From Diplonema japonicum (Eukaryota; Protista; Euglenozoa: Diplonemea), in contig OZ025727.1 of assembly GCA_964019335.1 (NCBI GenBank), positions 310,001-374,000 of the forward strand: DNA of 64,000 nt. The letters are read 5' to 3'. Made by a program: the position numbers and the translations under genes. A model generated the notes under the pieces. It saw only the letters and a list, made by a program, of their open reading frames with translations, was not told where the DNA came from and did not search any database. The stretch's first letter is position 1. Every line of letters begins with the position of its first letter. Below, one piece after another: positions 1 through 12,136 of this stretch.

Positions 1-6
1 CCGCAG

Positions 7-1305
7 GTGGTGACACCGGCGAACACTGGGGTGGCGACGCTGCAGCTGGAGGCACCTCGGTCAGGGGAGTTCCTCCCGGAGCAGGGGGCTGTGTCGGTGA
101 CATCGAAACCTGTTGAAGGGAGCCTGCGGGTCTACGGTCCTGTTCCCGACCTGAACGACTTCCTGAAGGGGCTCCGGTTCGACCTGAAGGAGCCTTCGGA
201 GAACCTGTCGAGGGTGACGCTGCTGGTGACGGACGACGTGAACCAGGGGGCTGTGCAGTACAACATCACGGTGGCGGACCTGAAGTTCAACATGCGTCCT
301 GTTTTTGAGGGCAACAAAAACAACACCAACAACAACAACAACTGGGACCCAACAGCGACAACAGGACAAGGCTTTCGCTTCCAACTGGTTCCTATCCGGG
401 TGTCGGACCCCGATGGGGACGCGCTGACCCTGTCTGCTGTGGAGGTGGGTCGGCAATCCCTCCCCGGGTGGCTGGAGCTGGACCCGTCTGGCTACTTCTA
501 CGGGGAAGCAACGGTGGAGGATGTGGGGACGGCTGAGATCAACTTGACGGCGAGGGACACCTACGGCGGGGAGACGTCTCGGGTCTTCAAGCTGCGGGTG
601 AAGCGCTCCTTCTGGGACCTGTTCTGGTACGTGTTCTCAATTGTGGCCCCGATCGTGTCTGGGCTCGGGATGCTGTACGGGGCTTGGGTGTACTACTCCC
701 TTTTGTGGAACAACTTCGGGGGGAGGTGGTACTACTGGGAGGTCCCTCCTTCCCTGTTGTTGACCGGGGAGTGGTACCATGCGGAGAGGAAGAAGAAGAA
801 GAAGAAGGGGTCGAAGAAGGAGAGCAGGAGGATTGACCCGGAGAGCGTGCGAGAGATCCGGATGATGCGGCACATCAAACACTCCCTCGGGCAGAAGGTG
901 CGGTCCCGGCTGAGGTGGGTCCTTCCCTCGGCGTACCTCCGGCACGAGCGACAAGAACCACTGGTGAACGGCGACAACCTCACCCCTTGGATCGAGTACA
1001 ACGAGCTCGCCCACACCTTCCGCCTTCTCTACGATGAGATCGACGACGACGACGCGGGCATCTACTACCTCATCGTCTTCGGCCGCTTCGACGACATCCT
1101 CCAGGAGATCCGCCTCGAGCCCGCCGTTGTGAAGTCCCAGGAGCACAGGCTTCGCACGGCAGAGAAGGCGTCTGTGAGCTTCAAGGACCTCCTCGAAGAG
1201 GCTGAGGTCGAGACCCCTTTGAGTCCCAACCCTTTGGGGTACAGGAAGATGTCGTGCTCCTTGAATCCTGAAGCACAAAGTGAGGCAGACGTCCTGCTCT
1301 TGTAA
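7..1305 (+). CDS. 3'-terminal exon of a single-pass membrane protein with a dystroglycan-type cadherin-like (CADG/He_PIG) domain; 5' part lies outside the window
   Basis: Frame opens right after CCGCAG (acceptor AG at 5-6). Motif VSDPDGDALTLS...LPGWLELDPSG...G...DVGTAEINLTARDTYGG; TM segment LFWYVFSIVAPIVSGLGMLYGAWVYY; strong GC3 bias; TAA at 1303-1305. Confidence 0.75.
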   Translation: MVTPANTGVATLQLEAPRSGEFLPEQGAVSVTSKPVEGSLRVYGPVPDLNDFLKGLRFDLKEPSENLSRVTLLVTDDVNQGAVQYNITVADLKFNMRPVFEGNKNNTNNNNNWDPTATTGQGFRFQLVPIRVSDPDGDALTLSAVEVGRQSLPGWLELDPSGYFYGEATVEDVGTAEINLTARDTYGGETSRVFKLRVKRSFWDLFWYVFSIVAPIVSGLGMLYGAWVYYSLLWNNFGGRWYYWEVPPSLLLTGEWYHAERKKKKKKGSKKESRRIDPESVREIRMMRHIKHSLGQKVRSRLRWVLPSAYLRHERQEPLVNGDNLTPWIEYNELAHTFRLLYDEIDDDDAGIYYLIVFGRFDDILQEIRLEPAVVKSQEHRLRTAEKASVSFKDLLEEAEVETPLSPNPLGYRKMSCSLNPEAQSEADVLLL

Positions 1306-1794
1306 GCAGTGGTAGAGGTTGTTGTTCATCTGAATTGTGCACAGCTACAGGCAGGAGGCGGTCGACCGCTGTGATTGCTGATAAAGGTTGGCTCCGGAAT
1401 TAAAGCAACTAAAGCAACTATGATAAAAGGAATATCTCACGTACACATACCATTTGAGACAGCTGAGCAGTTTTCAGCTTTTGGTGGTCACAATGCTTTC
1501 TAAGAATCTTGTCTAGATAGTTAAATTTTATGCTTTACCGATTCCCTTTTTTTTTTTTTTTTTGTTACAAATATTTATCTTTCAAAAAATGATTTTAAAA
1601 CTATATGCAACTTGTGCCGAGCAAAAAACTTTCGCAGCTTTTTAAAAAAACCTTTTTTGCTCGTGCGAACAACAAAGACATATAGTCATAAAGAATTATT
1701 TTTGTTATTTTCTAAACGGAAAAGAAGGAGATGTTCCGCTATTCTTTTCTCTGAGTTTATTTTTACCTCCCTCTTTACTCTCTCCGGTCCTCGC

Positions 1795-1929
1795 TAGTTG
1801 GTTTCACGCCCAAGCTGAATAGATACTGCGACGGGCCTAAGGCACCACCACGACAGAAGGATCCAACGCTAGATGAGTTGACTGTGTTAGGCGATCCTGT
1901 CACATACTGCAGGTTCCCTCAAAGACATC
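1795..1929 (+). mobile_element. Diverged 3'-end remnant of non-LTR family A
   Basis: AAGGCACCACCACGACAGAAGG..TAGATGAG resembles 54779-54823; terminal hairpin CCTGT-CACATACT-GCAGG followed by a T-tract. Confidence 0.55.
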
Positions 1930-2099
1930 TTTTTTCTTCTTTTAAAACCAGAGTGGAATTTTAAAGAAAATTACGAAAGAACATACTCAAGTTTTTCCTT
2001 CGCCTTTGTTTGTCTTTTTTCAGGTGGTGGGGATAACATGGAAATATAAGAAGTACATCAGAGTGTTGTGGAAGAACGTAACGCAGATGCTCAGGGTGA

Positions 2100-2303
2100 C
2101 GAACAGGCAGCAAACTGCACGAGTGCAGAATCTTGGTTCCCCGGGATGCCCCGGCTAGGGTTGAGCACACCGCACGCAATAAGGACACGACGCGGAACGC
2201 AGAAGAAGCTTCTGCTCGGCCGAGGAGCGCCCCCTGTCATCAAGTAGGTTGTTCGTGCTTCATTGCACGCTTGACGCCACCTTGTGTTGCAATCAAAGCC
2301 CCA
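2100..2303 (+). mobile_element. 3'-end remnant of a retroelement family (E) also present at 20840-21003
   Basis: Shares AGCAAACTGCACG...GCACGCA.TAAGGACACGACGCGGAACGC...CGCCCCCTGT.ATCAAGTAG with the 20.9-kb copy; ends in hairpin ATTGCA..TGCAAT followed by a T-tract. Confidence 0.55.
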
Positions 2304-2830
2304 TTTTTCTTTTTTTTTTTTTTTTTTTTTTATATTCACAGGCAGAACACCTTATGTCATCATGGTTACTTTCACATTTGTGAAACATTAAAGCCAGTTG
2401 ATCCATCCTTCCACTTTTTCTGTTGATTCTAACACATATTTTCTAAGCGAGTCTTTTTCAAGGATGTCTGTGCCAGGGCGATGCTCGGCGAGAGTAAAGA
2501 ATAAGACAAACTTATGGCGAGCAACTGTCACAGACCTTCACATTTGGCTTCAAAAGAACAATCCGAGAAGTGGCACCGAACACGTTGCTGTGATGTCGTA
2601 CTGAACGCCATCCGACTTGACGTTAAGAAATCGAATCTTTTTTTTTTTTAACCCAATGTGGGTTAATGCTCATAATAATATCACAAATCCCCCCCCCCCC
2701 CCCCGTGGAGAAAATTAAAATGAGCTTTTTTTTTTTGTATTTCGGGTTTTTTTTCTTCTTCCATTCTTTTTATATATATTTATGATAAAAAAAAAGAGAA
2801 TGGAAAAAGAACAAGAGCGTATTCTTTTTT

Positions 2831-2895
2831 AGGGGATAGATGCAGGTAGAGGATGAGAACAAGGGGGCGTCTCACAAAGACTTCCTTTAACTCAT
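2831..2895 (+). mobile_element. Diverged 3'-terminal hairpin of non-LTR family B
   Basis: ATGAG-AAC-AAGGGGG-C-GTCT-CACAA-AGAC-TTCCTT-TAA-CTCAT has the same architecture as 28875-28916, with compensatory changes. Confidence 0.5.
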
Positions 2896-3070
2896 ATATA
2901 TATATATTTTTTTTTTTTTTTCTTACTTAGTACGGAGCCGCTGTGTTCTGACAACCGAATTTTCATAACTCGGCCGAAGCTGCACCTGACTTCCTCAAGA
3001 TTCGAAAGCACTTTTCCAAGTTCGAGGATGGGGGTGTTTTTTTTTTCTGAACATTTTCTTTTTTTTAAGA

Positions 3071-3240
3071 CCCCGGCAACCCGCTACATCCTTGAGAGAC
3101 AGCTGTGCAACTATTGTGTCCTTACCAACTCGGTTGAGGGTTTTATACCCAAGGTACCGAGGAGGGTGAACGAGGGGCCGAAGGTCACACCACAGCAGAA
3201 AGGTTCGATCAAGAGACAGGTTGAGACTCTTCAGGTGTCC
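3071..3240 (+). mobile_element. Short 3'-end copy of non-LTR family A (SINE-like), hairpin truncated
   Basis: High identity to 6768-6920 and 54669-54838. Confidence 0.8.
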
Positions 3241-3263
3241 AAGTTTTACCATATTTTCTTTAA

Positions 3264-4403
3264 CCATCTACCAACGGACCATTTTTGCCCACCAGGGGGT
3301 AAATTTTCAAAACTTCAAAAAAAAACTATTCTAGCGCAACGCCAGGGCTATATGCCCCCGGAAATGCCTCCAGATGTCCCAATTCTAGAGAGAGGGTGCC
3401 CACAGCAGGGCCCACCCCCACAACATTGTCAAAAATATCGTCCCCAAAGTGCTCGAGAGGGAGTACAAAAAACAAGTCAAAAAAAACGACTGTGAAATTC
3501 TATAAAAAGCTATTTAAGGCCTTCTTGACGCGGTTCGTACGTGCCCCAGGGCTGGGGGACTTCTTTTTGACCCCGAGAGGGGTTTCTGGGGGGTATCCCC
3601 GGCAAGGTGGTAGTCTTTGAAGCACGGAGTCACGCAACGTTGAATAGGGTTCTTTTCGACTTGCAATGCTTGCACTGCACGTTGTGCTACTTTTTCGGGG
3701 AAATGGTCCCAGAAGGTACTGTTCTGGCGCATTGGGGCCTCGGGGCACTCGTTCTGTGTTTCGGGGCATGTATTGGGGCAGCCTGCTCTGTAGTTGACTT
3801 TAGCTGTTGTTTAGACAGCCTCCCTAGTAGCCCTTCGATGACTGCCTCTTTGAAAAGCGTGAATCCACTGTCGTTCGTACTCAGGGTGTTGGGGGGCAAA
3901 TTTGACTTCACCAGAAGATCCAACGTCGACAGAAAGCGCACAGGCTTGAGGTGCAAAGGATGCTCACGTGCTGGTGGAACTGGGTGTCCCCACAGGATGC
4001 GCGTCCTTGGGCATGCGGCCTCGCTTCTTTGGGGCATCCGTTATCTCCGGGAGGCCTTTGCGATAGGTAGAAGTCAGCACGCTTGTTTGTTTCGCTCAGG
4101 AACATCAGAATCACTGTCCGTATCAAAATTGCATAGTAGGGATGAGCCATCAGTGCTACCATCACTCATAATGTCCTTTTTCGGCCTCTTTCTGGGTGCC
4201 CTTTCTTTGAAGTGATTTTTAAGGGTAAATTTGGGCTGGCGTTTTTTTTTATTTATTCATTTTCTTGCAAAGTTAGGGCAGCATTTAGTTTATATTTTTC
4301 ATATCCGGATGCGAGAAGTGGCCGGGCCGTATTGCATTGAAAGCCCTTTGCGCAAAAGATTTTTTTTCAAATCGTCTATATATAGACGCTCGTTGGTAGA
4401 TGG
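3264..4403 (-). mobile_element. Non-autonomous piggyBac deletion derivative
   Basis: TTAA at 3260-3263 and 4404-4407; 13-bp TIR CCATCTACCAACG / CGTTGGTAGATGG; minus-strand remnant of the transposase Cys-rich tail (QCKHCK...CFKDYH). Confidence 0.85.
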
Positions 4404-4772
4404 TTAAAAAAAGAAAAAAAAACATTTTTTTTTTTTGTCATTTTAGGTTTTTTTTTTTTTTTTTTCTTAAGATTTTCTTTCTTTTTGTATGACTGTTGAG
4501 GCTGTGCCTTTCTCGACCATTGCAGAAGCAGCCAAAGGTGTCAACACCAGGCACTTGTTTCTTCAGAGAAGTCAGCCCGCTAGCAGGCTCTGGCTTTCTG
4601 ATCAGTTGATGATTCTCTTAGAATCCTTTCGCAGCTCATCAATTGTCAATTTCACTCGTATCGCTCACACACTGTATCTCCTCGTCGTCTTGTGATGCAG
4701 TCTGAACTATTTTTATTCCAAACACCCCCCTGAGGAAATACAACAAAAATAAATACACAACTCACCACAATA

Positions 4773-5411
4773 ATGGGTGCCGACAGCCATGCCTACACAA
4801 CGGTTCAGACGGAGGACGTAGAACTGAAGCCGCAAGGCCAGGTACAGGTACAGGTACAGGAGGTTTATGGCAACCAGTGGCAGCCGCAGGAGGTAGCAGC
4901 CGGTAAGCTTTGGGCCACGGGGTTGTGCGACTGCTTCGCGACGGGAGGGAACCTGTGCTGCAACGTGTACTGGTGCCTGCCGTGCATGATAGGTAGGAAC
5001 CACACTGCCGCCGTCCTAGGACAGCCCGATACAATGGACTCCACTGTGTGCTGTGGGCTTATCTCTGCTGATATGATCGGTGCTTCGCTGGCAATTGGTC
5101 TTCCCCTTGCCACCCATGGAGCCTGCTACATCCCTGGCATTGACTTGCTGGGTTTGTGTGTCTTTGCTGGATACACATGGTGGCAGAGGCACTCCATCAG
5201 GCAGAGGTACAACATAAGTGGGGATGCTTGCGGTGACTGTCTCGCATCGTTCTTCTGCCTCGCTTGTGTCACGTGCCAGCACCACACTGAGCTCTCCCAG
5301 AATGGGGTGAACCCAGGTTCTTGCTGCTGCACTGTGGGGCCCCAGGGTACCGTTGCCGTTGGTCAGCCGGTCGTTTCTGGTGTTCAGCCTGCTTATGTCG
5401 GTGGGAATTAA
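4773..5411 (+). CDS. PLAC8/cornifelin/PCR (FW2.2-like) family Cys-rich protein, copy 1
   Basis: W.TGLCDCF...CC..YWCLPC..G and R..IRQRYNI.GD.CGDCL..FFC..C..CQ..TEL motifs. Confidence 0.9.
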   Translation: MGADSHAYTTVQTEDVELKPQGQVQVQVQEVYGNQWQPQEVAAGKLWATGLCDCFATGGNLCCNVYWCLPCMIGRNHTAAVLGQPDTMDSTVCCGLISADMIGASLAIGLPLATHGACYIPGIDLLGLCVFAGYTWWQRHSIRQRYNISGDACGDCLASFFCLACVTCQHHTELSQNGVNPGSCCCTVGPQGTVAVGQPVVSGVQPAYVGGN

Positions 5412-5745
5412 GAATCCCCCCGACTAGCCGTATAGCAAGCTAATCAAAAGGCAGCAGGAAGAAAACAAATCAAGTGTAAACAAATAGAAAGAAAAAAAAA
5501 AAAAAAGCCATTAGCCAACTGTGGAAAGAGAATACCCATGTCACAAAGGTGCTAGAACAATAACACAGGCCGACACAAAAGCACGAACGTCTCAACACAC
5601 TTCCGTTGGCTCCACACAGCCCAGCTGAGTGGGGTCGGTCTGGCTAGACCAAGAGGAGGTGGAATTTAAAAAAAAAAAAAAGAATGTGAGATAAAAAAAC
5701 AAGAATTTTTAAAGTTTTACAAAAAGGCTAACGTTTATTTTTTTT

Positions 5746-6948
5746 CGCTGCCTACACCAGGCGATGCGTCGCTACATCCCCAGAAGTCCTACCCATCTAC
5801 GCAGACGACCTATACCTCTTCTCTAGGATCTCGGAGAGGGCGGTCCAGAGTTCCATTCTCCTGCTTGACGAACATGTCGGTACACCCGGGGAAAACAAAG
5901 GCCTTCAGCACCAAGAAGGGATACAGAGGCAAGCTGGCAATGAAGGACACCGTATTTGAAACAGTGTTGTGAAAAGCATTACTATGCTGGGGTGCACAGT
6001 GTGCTTGCAGCCCAGAACGAAGAACACTAGGTTCGCCACGGCGCGGTCGACAGGCTCGCAGTAACCCACATCACGAGATCGCGTAAGGCTCTACTGATAG
6101 AGGACTGCATCCTCCCGGCGGCGCTCTACGGAGTGCTCTACACACCGCCCACGGACTCGCTTCTGGACTCCCTCAGGAAGAAGATTACCTCTTGCATATG
6201 GGGCCCACACAACCCGACTCGCTCGTCGGGAGCCCTCCTTGGGGTGGCTTTCAAAGGTCACAGGCTGGACCCTTATTCAGCAGCCGCATACCGCAGAATC
6301 ACGACGTTTGCGCGAATGATGCAGAGCGACGAAGGGTCCAGGGCACTCGTTAAGACGTGCAGGGACAAGTACAAGGAAGCCCGGGGCGGGAACCCCCTCG
6401 GCCCTTGCGGGATGCTCGGACAGACCCACGAACTGTTGGGGGAACTGGGGTCCAGCTGGGCGCAGTTCGCGCGGCTATTCCCGCACGTCATCCGATGGCT
6501 CTCGGCCCTTCACTGACAGGTGGACAGGTCTCCAGGCTTGAGCTGGCCGTGGACTTCATTGCCACAGAGGGACTCTCGCCTTGTGGAGAGGGTGAGGACA
6601 TCCACGTGTCATAGGCCGGGTGATAGCGGCACTAGAACGCATCCACACCAATAAGCGCATAGCGCCCCTCATTCTAGCTGCTTCGGTAGTTTCTGTCCAC
6701 TCCCTACGCACGTTGGGTTACTACAACGCCTCCATAAGGGGTTACTCCTCTAGGCCGGTATTCGCCTCCCCGGCGACGCGCCACATCCTTGAGAAACAAC
6801 TGTACAACTACTGTGTCCTTACCAACTCGGTTGAGGGTTTTATACCTAAGGTGCCGAGGAGGGCGAACGAGGGGCCGAAGGCCACACCACAGCAGAAAGG
6901 TTCGATCAAGAGATAGATTGATTGATTGATCATTCCCTTAAATGTCTC
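5746..6948 (+). mobile_element. 5'-truncated, internally deleted non-LTR retrotransposon (family A)
   Basis: YADDLYL at 5798-5818; GHRLDP..AAYR and NPLGPCG align with family B; C-terminal GYSSRPVFA; ends CCCTTAAATGTCTC followed by a T-tract. Confidence 0.8.
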
Positions 6949-7037
6949 TTTTTTTTTTTTTTTTCTTTTTTCTAGTATAGTAGCTTGCTGAGCAGGGAAA
7001 CACCTAGGCATGTTGCTTGTGTCTTTTTTCTTTTGGG

Positions 7038-7250
7038 AGATAGGTAGAGACAAGGGGGACGTTCCAAAACAGGAACCTCCTTTATCTCATCTCTTTTTTT
7101 TTTTTCTATCAGGCGTCCTGCCACATACCGCAGGTACCCTTAAATGTCTCTTTTTTTTTTTTTTTTTTTTTTTTAAATGCAAATATGGTCTTGTGTTCTT
7201 TCCGCCAAAGTCAGGCGTCCTGCCACACATCAGGTACCCTTAAATGTCTC
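7038..7250 (+). mobile_element. Cluster of three minimal retroelement 3' ends: family B (7038-7093) and family A (7109-7150, 7211-7250)
   Basis: Near-exact copies of the terminal 40-55 nt of the longer elements, each followed by a T-tract. Confidence 0.75.
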
Positions 7251-7648
7251 TTTTTTTTTTTTTTTTTGTGCAGGTTTTTTTTTTTACCTTGTCTCCCCCG
7301 CCCCCCCCCCCCCCCCCTTACTCGAGTGGAGAGATTTTACCATATTGTTTTTTATATTCGATTCTTTTTATCTCCTTCTCCCTAACTTCCGCAGCTAGCC
7401 CCCTTGCGTTTTTTTTTTCCCCCTCTTTTTTTTGATGAGCAGAAACAGTTGTTATTTTAGTTGTAAGCAAAAAAAAAAAGAAATAAATCTCTTTTTTTTA
7501 TTATTATTACCAAAGGCTTTGTAACATTTGCGCACTTAATGAACAAAAAAAAAAAAAAAAAAAAAAAAAGAACAACTCGCCTACTGCAAAAAAAACAAAT
7601 ATTCTCTTTTTTCTTTCCCTTCTCCCCTATTTTTTTTTTTTTTTTTAA

Positions 7649-9800
7649 CCATTAAAGGACGGGGGTTTTTGGGCAAAAAAAAGGTCACCATCGACTTTTT
7701 TATTTTCTAAAATTAAAACATCCTCGAGCATGCAACCATAGAACGACGCTTGTGTAAAAGAAAATACATCACCCAGGAGGGACAAAAAACACCCCCAGAC
7801 GCCCCTCAAAGGCCCTGGGAAGTGAATAGAATAAGGAATTGAAGTGAAATTTATTGTAAAAACCCACCCATAGGTTAGACACTTCCTTACTTTTTTCGCT
7901 TGGGCCTCGGAGTGCTAGGGGGGGTTTTGCTTTTGGGACTTGGCTCAGATGACGACCTGGGGAGAAGGGTATGTGGAGACGCTGGTACCTTAGGCGTTTC
8001 TTCGGTGTGGCCGGGCCTCCAGAGGGGGTAGATTGGGGTGGGTAAACCACTGGTTCGTGATAGTCCGCAAAGCAAGCTGGGCACAGATGCACGTTACAAG
8101 CCTTGCAGATGAAGATAGTTTGCACCCGGACCCCCAAAACACGCATGTGGTGTGTGCATTGTCTTGCTGCATCCAGTTTTTTGGACCAGTGACCTTTGGT
8201 GAAGTCGCGCCTGGCATCTTCCCTGGGCACCTCGGTCCCCATTTCAGAACGGGTGCTTGCTGGGCGGTTGTTTCCGGACTGGCGCATAACAGTCGAAAAG
8301 CTGTTGTCGCTCATCGCGAACCCGTTTTTGGGCCTGCCTGGGCCTACTTGCTTCTTCACTGGGGCAAGATTGGTACATTCTGGCGGTTTTCTTCGGATTG
8401 TTACCACCATTGACTGGACTTTCCTCGGATTGTTTCCACCACAAACCCGATTCCCACATCTGTTGTACAAGGGTAACGCCAGTATAGAAGTTATCGATGC
8501 CGGGGTACAAGGGGAACGCTACCGATGCCGAGCCATCCACCAGGTGGACACGAATAGTGGCATCGACAAGTCACGTGGGGTGCGCTTTCAGACTGAGCAC
8601 GACGTTCACTTCATGTCAAGCAAGACGCCATTGAAGGCACCGCAGGAGATACGGGAGAACGTTGTAAGAGCTTTCATTGTCGCGCTCGAGCTGCAGGACA
8701 AGAAGCTCGAAGCAGAGCTCCGCCGCCGAGACATTCTGGTCGCCATGTTGTCCTTTTTTGGCATCATAAGCATTGGTGCTTCTGCAGTGATCACGTGGTA
8801 CGCCAATCCTGCACGCGAGTCAGGGCTCCCAAACACCAGCACCCCCCTACAATGACCTCGATCCTTCACCAAATGGGAAGGTAATATGCCAAGTGCTGAG
8901 ATACCTCACATCGGGGTCCACAGTGCTGTGTTTGATTGCTTTTTCACGCTTTTACAATGGTATTAGCACTGCGGACAGTAGATCGACAAGTTGAACACGA
9001 CCCTGTGTCAGATCCTGTCCGGTGCACAGCCTCAACTGTCCTCTTTGCAGGCTGGAATACTCTGAAGCGATGCCTACCGGGGGGAATAGTGTTGCAGACA
9101 GGTAGGGGAGCAAGAATCTTATTTTTTGCAACCTGTCTGTCTCTTCACCCCTCCAAAATGCAACGACCGCTGTAAGCGCAAAAAGCAGTAACGTTTCATT
9201 ACACTTGCCAAAAAAAGGTGTGGCGAGGGCACAAATGGTCGGCCAGTAATCTTTTTATGCCAGCCTTGCGGATGATGTCCATGAGCACCCACAAGGCCAG
9301 AAACTGATAGATATCGTCCACAGTGAAGTCAAAGTCGGGGTTGTGGTACTTGCAAACGGTGCAAAGAGATTTAACCCCATTGAGATGAACAGCTTGGAAA
9401 TCCTTGATGCACTCATGTGGGAAAAGGGTGATTTCTGCCCCCCCTGTGCCCTGTCACTTCTTACGCGTAACCTGCGTAATATCGCTCTCCCAGGGCATAT
9501 TTTCACTCTTCTCGTCACTACTGGCGCTAGGTGAGGTCCCATCGTCAGTGAGAATGTCCCCTTAGGCACTCCCGAACTCGTTTGAATCAGTACTGCTCAT
9601 ATGAGCTTTCGTGCCACCAAAAACTGGTTTCGAGGGTGGTTTTGGAGGTTAATCTAGGGGACAAAAGTGATTTTCGATGGAAAAGAAATCGCGGAACTAG
9701 GTCATTCTGTGCAAGGGTAAGGGTCTATAGTACTTAAAATGCATATACAAAAATTTTAAAATTTTGATCGCTAGATATCTAGCGCTTCGTCCTTTAATGG
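7649..9800 (-). mobile_element. Degenerate piggyBac transposon carrying a transposase pseudogene
   Basis: TTAA at 7645-7648 and 9801-9804; 13-bp TIR CCATTAAAGGACG / CGTCCTTTAATGG; minus-strand remnants DVRYLSTWH and QTIFICKACNVHLCPACFADYH (piggyBac Cys-rich domain). Confidence 0.9.
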
Positions 9801-9855
9801 TTAATTTAAAAAAGAATCTTTTTTGTCCAGCACAAAAAAAAAAAAGAAAACAAAA

Positions 9856-10518
9856 ATGGTTGCCACCGGATACGCCAATGTACACACTGAGGATGACTAC
9901 GATCAAGCACACCAGCAGGCACAAATCAATGCCCAGATGAACGCTCAGTTTGCAATGCAGGCTCCAATGCAAGAGGTACAAGTTGTCCAGCAAGGTCCGA
10001 AGCTGTGGAAGTCCGGGTTGTGCGACTGCTTCGCGACGGGAGGGAACCTGTGCTGCAACGTGTACTGGTGCACCCCGTGCATGGCGGGGAGGATCCATTC
10101 GTCTGCAGTCCACAACCTCAACGACACCCCTGACACCACGGTGTGCTGCGGACTGACGTCGGCAGAAATACTAGGCGTGGGCCTTGCCGTCGGGGTACCA
10201 CTTGCCACAAATGGTGCTGTTCACCTTCCTGGTTCTGACATGTTGGGGTGGTGTGCAATTTCCGGTTACACCTGGTGGCAGAGGCAGACAATTAGAGAGA
10301 AGTTTGGCATTCACGGTGACCGCTGTGGGGACTGCCTCGTGTCGTGCTTTTGTGTGGGGTGTGCTTTGTGCCAGCACCACACTGAGCTTTCCCAGCAAGG
10401 TATCAACCCCGGCTCGTGCTGTTGCACTGTCAACCCTCCGTTGGCCCAGACGCAGCATGTTTATGCGGCCCATCCTTCTGTCGTTAATGGTGTTCAGCCT
10501 GCATATGTGCAGAATTAG
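9856..10518 (+). CDS. PLAC8 family protein, copy 2
   Basis: ATG at 9856 after acceptor-like TTTTTGTCCAG (9830) and an A-rich leader; same PLAC8 motifs. Confidence 0.9.
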   Translation: MVATGYANVHTEDDYDQAHQQAQINAQMNAQFAMQAPMQEVQVVQQGPKLWKSGLCDCFATGGNLCCNVYWCTPCMAGRIHSSAVHNLNDTPDTTVCCGLTSAEILGVGLAVGVPLATNGAVHLPGSDMLGWCAISGYTWWQRQTIREKFGIHGDRCGDCLVSCFCVGCALCQHHTELSQQGINPGSCCCTVNPPLAQTQHVYAAHPSVVNGVQPAYVQN

Positions 10519-10555
<37 letters not shown>

Positions 10556-11109
10556 TGCATTGTTTTTTATTTTAATTTCCCAATTGACAAGGGGGGGGAA
10601 AAGGGGGCCCTCCTTTCCCCCCCCCCCCTTTCGCGCTCTTTCTTCTTTTTCCTATCTTTTTCTCCCCTCCACAGGCACGGGGGGACAAGGGAAATATAAG
10701 AATACCAAGGCGGTTATTTTTTATTTTTTTATTTTCTTTTTTTTTTATTTTGCAAGAACGAGTCTTTGAACTTGTCTAAACAAAAGGGGACCGTTGCAGT
10801 TCCTCTCTCTTTTTTTTTTTTTTTTTTTTTTTAAACCTGATGCACACCAAGGCACAATAAATTGCCGTTTGAAAAATCTCGTGTTTTTTCTAAGTACTGT
10901 TGAACCTCTACCACCCCTTCTCTTCAAAGAACATTATTTTTGAGCGAGCTTTTATTCACTGGGAGCCATGCCGCAGTGCGCCAGAATACCTCATTTAAGA
11001 CCAAACAGGTTGGGAGAAATTGAATTTAGGGCCTGAGATGGGTCGCAGTGTGCATCAGGTTAAAAATAAATGAACACAAAAAAACCTGAATAAAGTACAA
11101 ATAATATAT

Positions 11110-12136
11110 GAGCTCGTCCGAAAAAAAATGTCAATACTTTTTTGGGCACCTCCGAAAATTTCTTGTTTTGATTATTTGAGCAAAAAAAGGGCAGCATGCA
11201 ACCATAGGAAGATGACATATATGGTGTACATGACGCCGTTCTTTCAATTGCGATGCTTGTTTTGCCATGAGGGTGGCAGGCTTCGCAACCGGTTGCCCCC
11301 GGAAGCGAAAAACAGAGGTCAGAAAAGCGACGAAAAATGATTAAAATGCAGCTTAAAAGCTTGAAATGCAGCACCTAGGGTGCATAAAAGTGGTGAACAC
11401 ACACACCTTTGTGACCCCTGGGTACAACCCAGGGTCGGGTTACTGTTAAAAGTACTTAGCGAAAAATATATGGCGTTGCATAGCCCCCAATAAACCGGTT
11501 TTTTTAGCCCTATTTTTTGCTTTTTCGAGGGGTTCCTAAGGGAATTGGCCTAAAAGGCCCATTTTCCTGAAAACCCGATTCTTAACACTTGACTCAACAT
11601 CGGTATCTTTGGGGCCATACATGCATTCTCTACCCATCTGCTGAGGTATGTCATTTTTTTTTCTTACTCATGACAAATTATAAATTGAGAAGTTGCTTTT
11701 AAAGGGCCCTTAAGGGATTTTAGCCTAAAATAGGCATTGTAGCCTAAAATAGGCCAAAATGGCAGTATTTTCCCCATCCCATTTTATTTGTGATAAAGAG
11801 CCCAAACCACCCAAAATGACCCCCTAAGTTTCACAGATTTCCCATCTGCGTCCATTTCTTCTCGCTTTTCATTGAAGAAAACAAAAAAGGAAGATGGAGC
11901 CTGGGTCATTTACAATTTCCGGATGACAAAAACTAAAAAAAACCATTCTAAAAAGCATGTTTTTGCACGTGTAGAAATGAAACAAACGGCGTGCATTGTG
12001 ACCTATATGGTGAACACACTTAGACCGCAATTCTGCACACAAAGTGGTGTCGGACTACTTTTGTACTTAGAAATTTTCCGAGGATTTTCCGTTGCAAAAG
12101 AGGGTCATTTGTTGACATTTTTTTTCGGACAAGCTC
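11110..12136. mobile_element. Non-autonomous TIR DNA transposon (Sola-like termini, tentative)
   Basis: About 25-bp TIR GAGCT(C/T)GTCCGAAAAAAAATGTCAA; ATAT on both sides; no coding capacity. Confidence 0.8.

Noticed and set aside
5746-5810. Families A and B both truncated just upstream of YADD
   Set aside because: Only two cases with different offsets; could be chance.
8196-8855. 219-aa + strand ORF (also 3607-4215)
   Set aside because: Antisense to piggyBac transposase remnants; no recognisable motifs.
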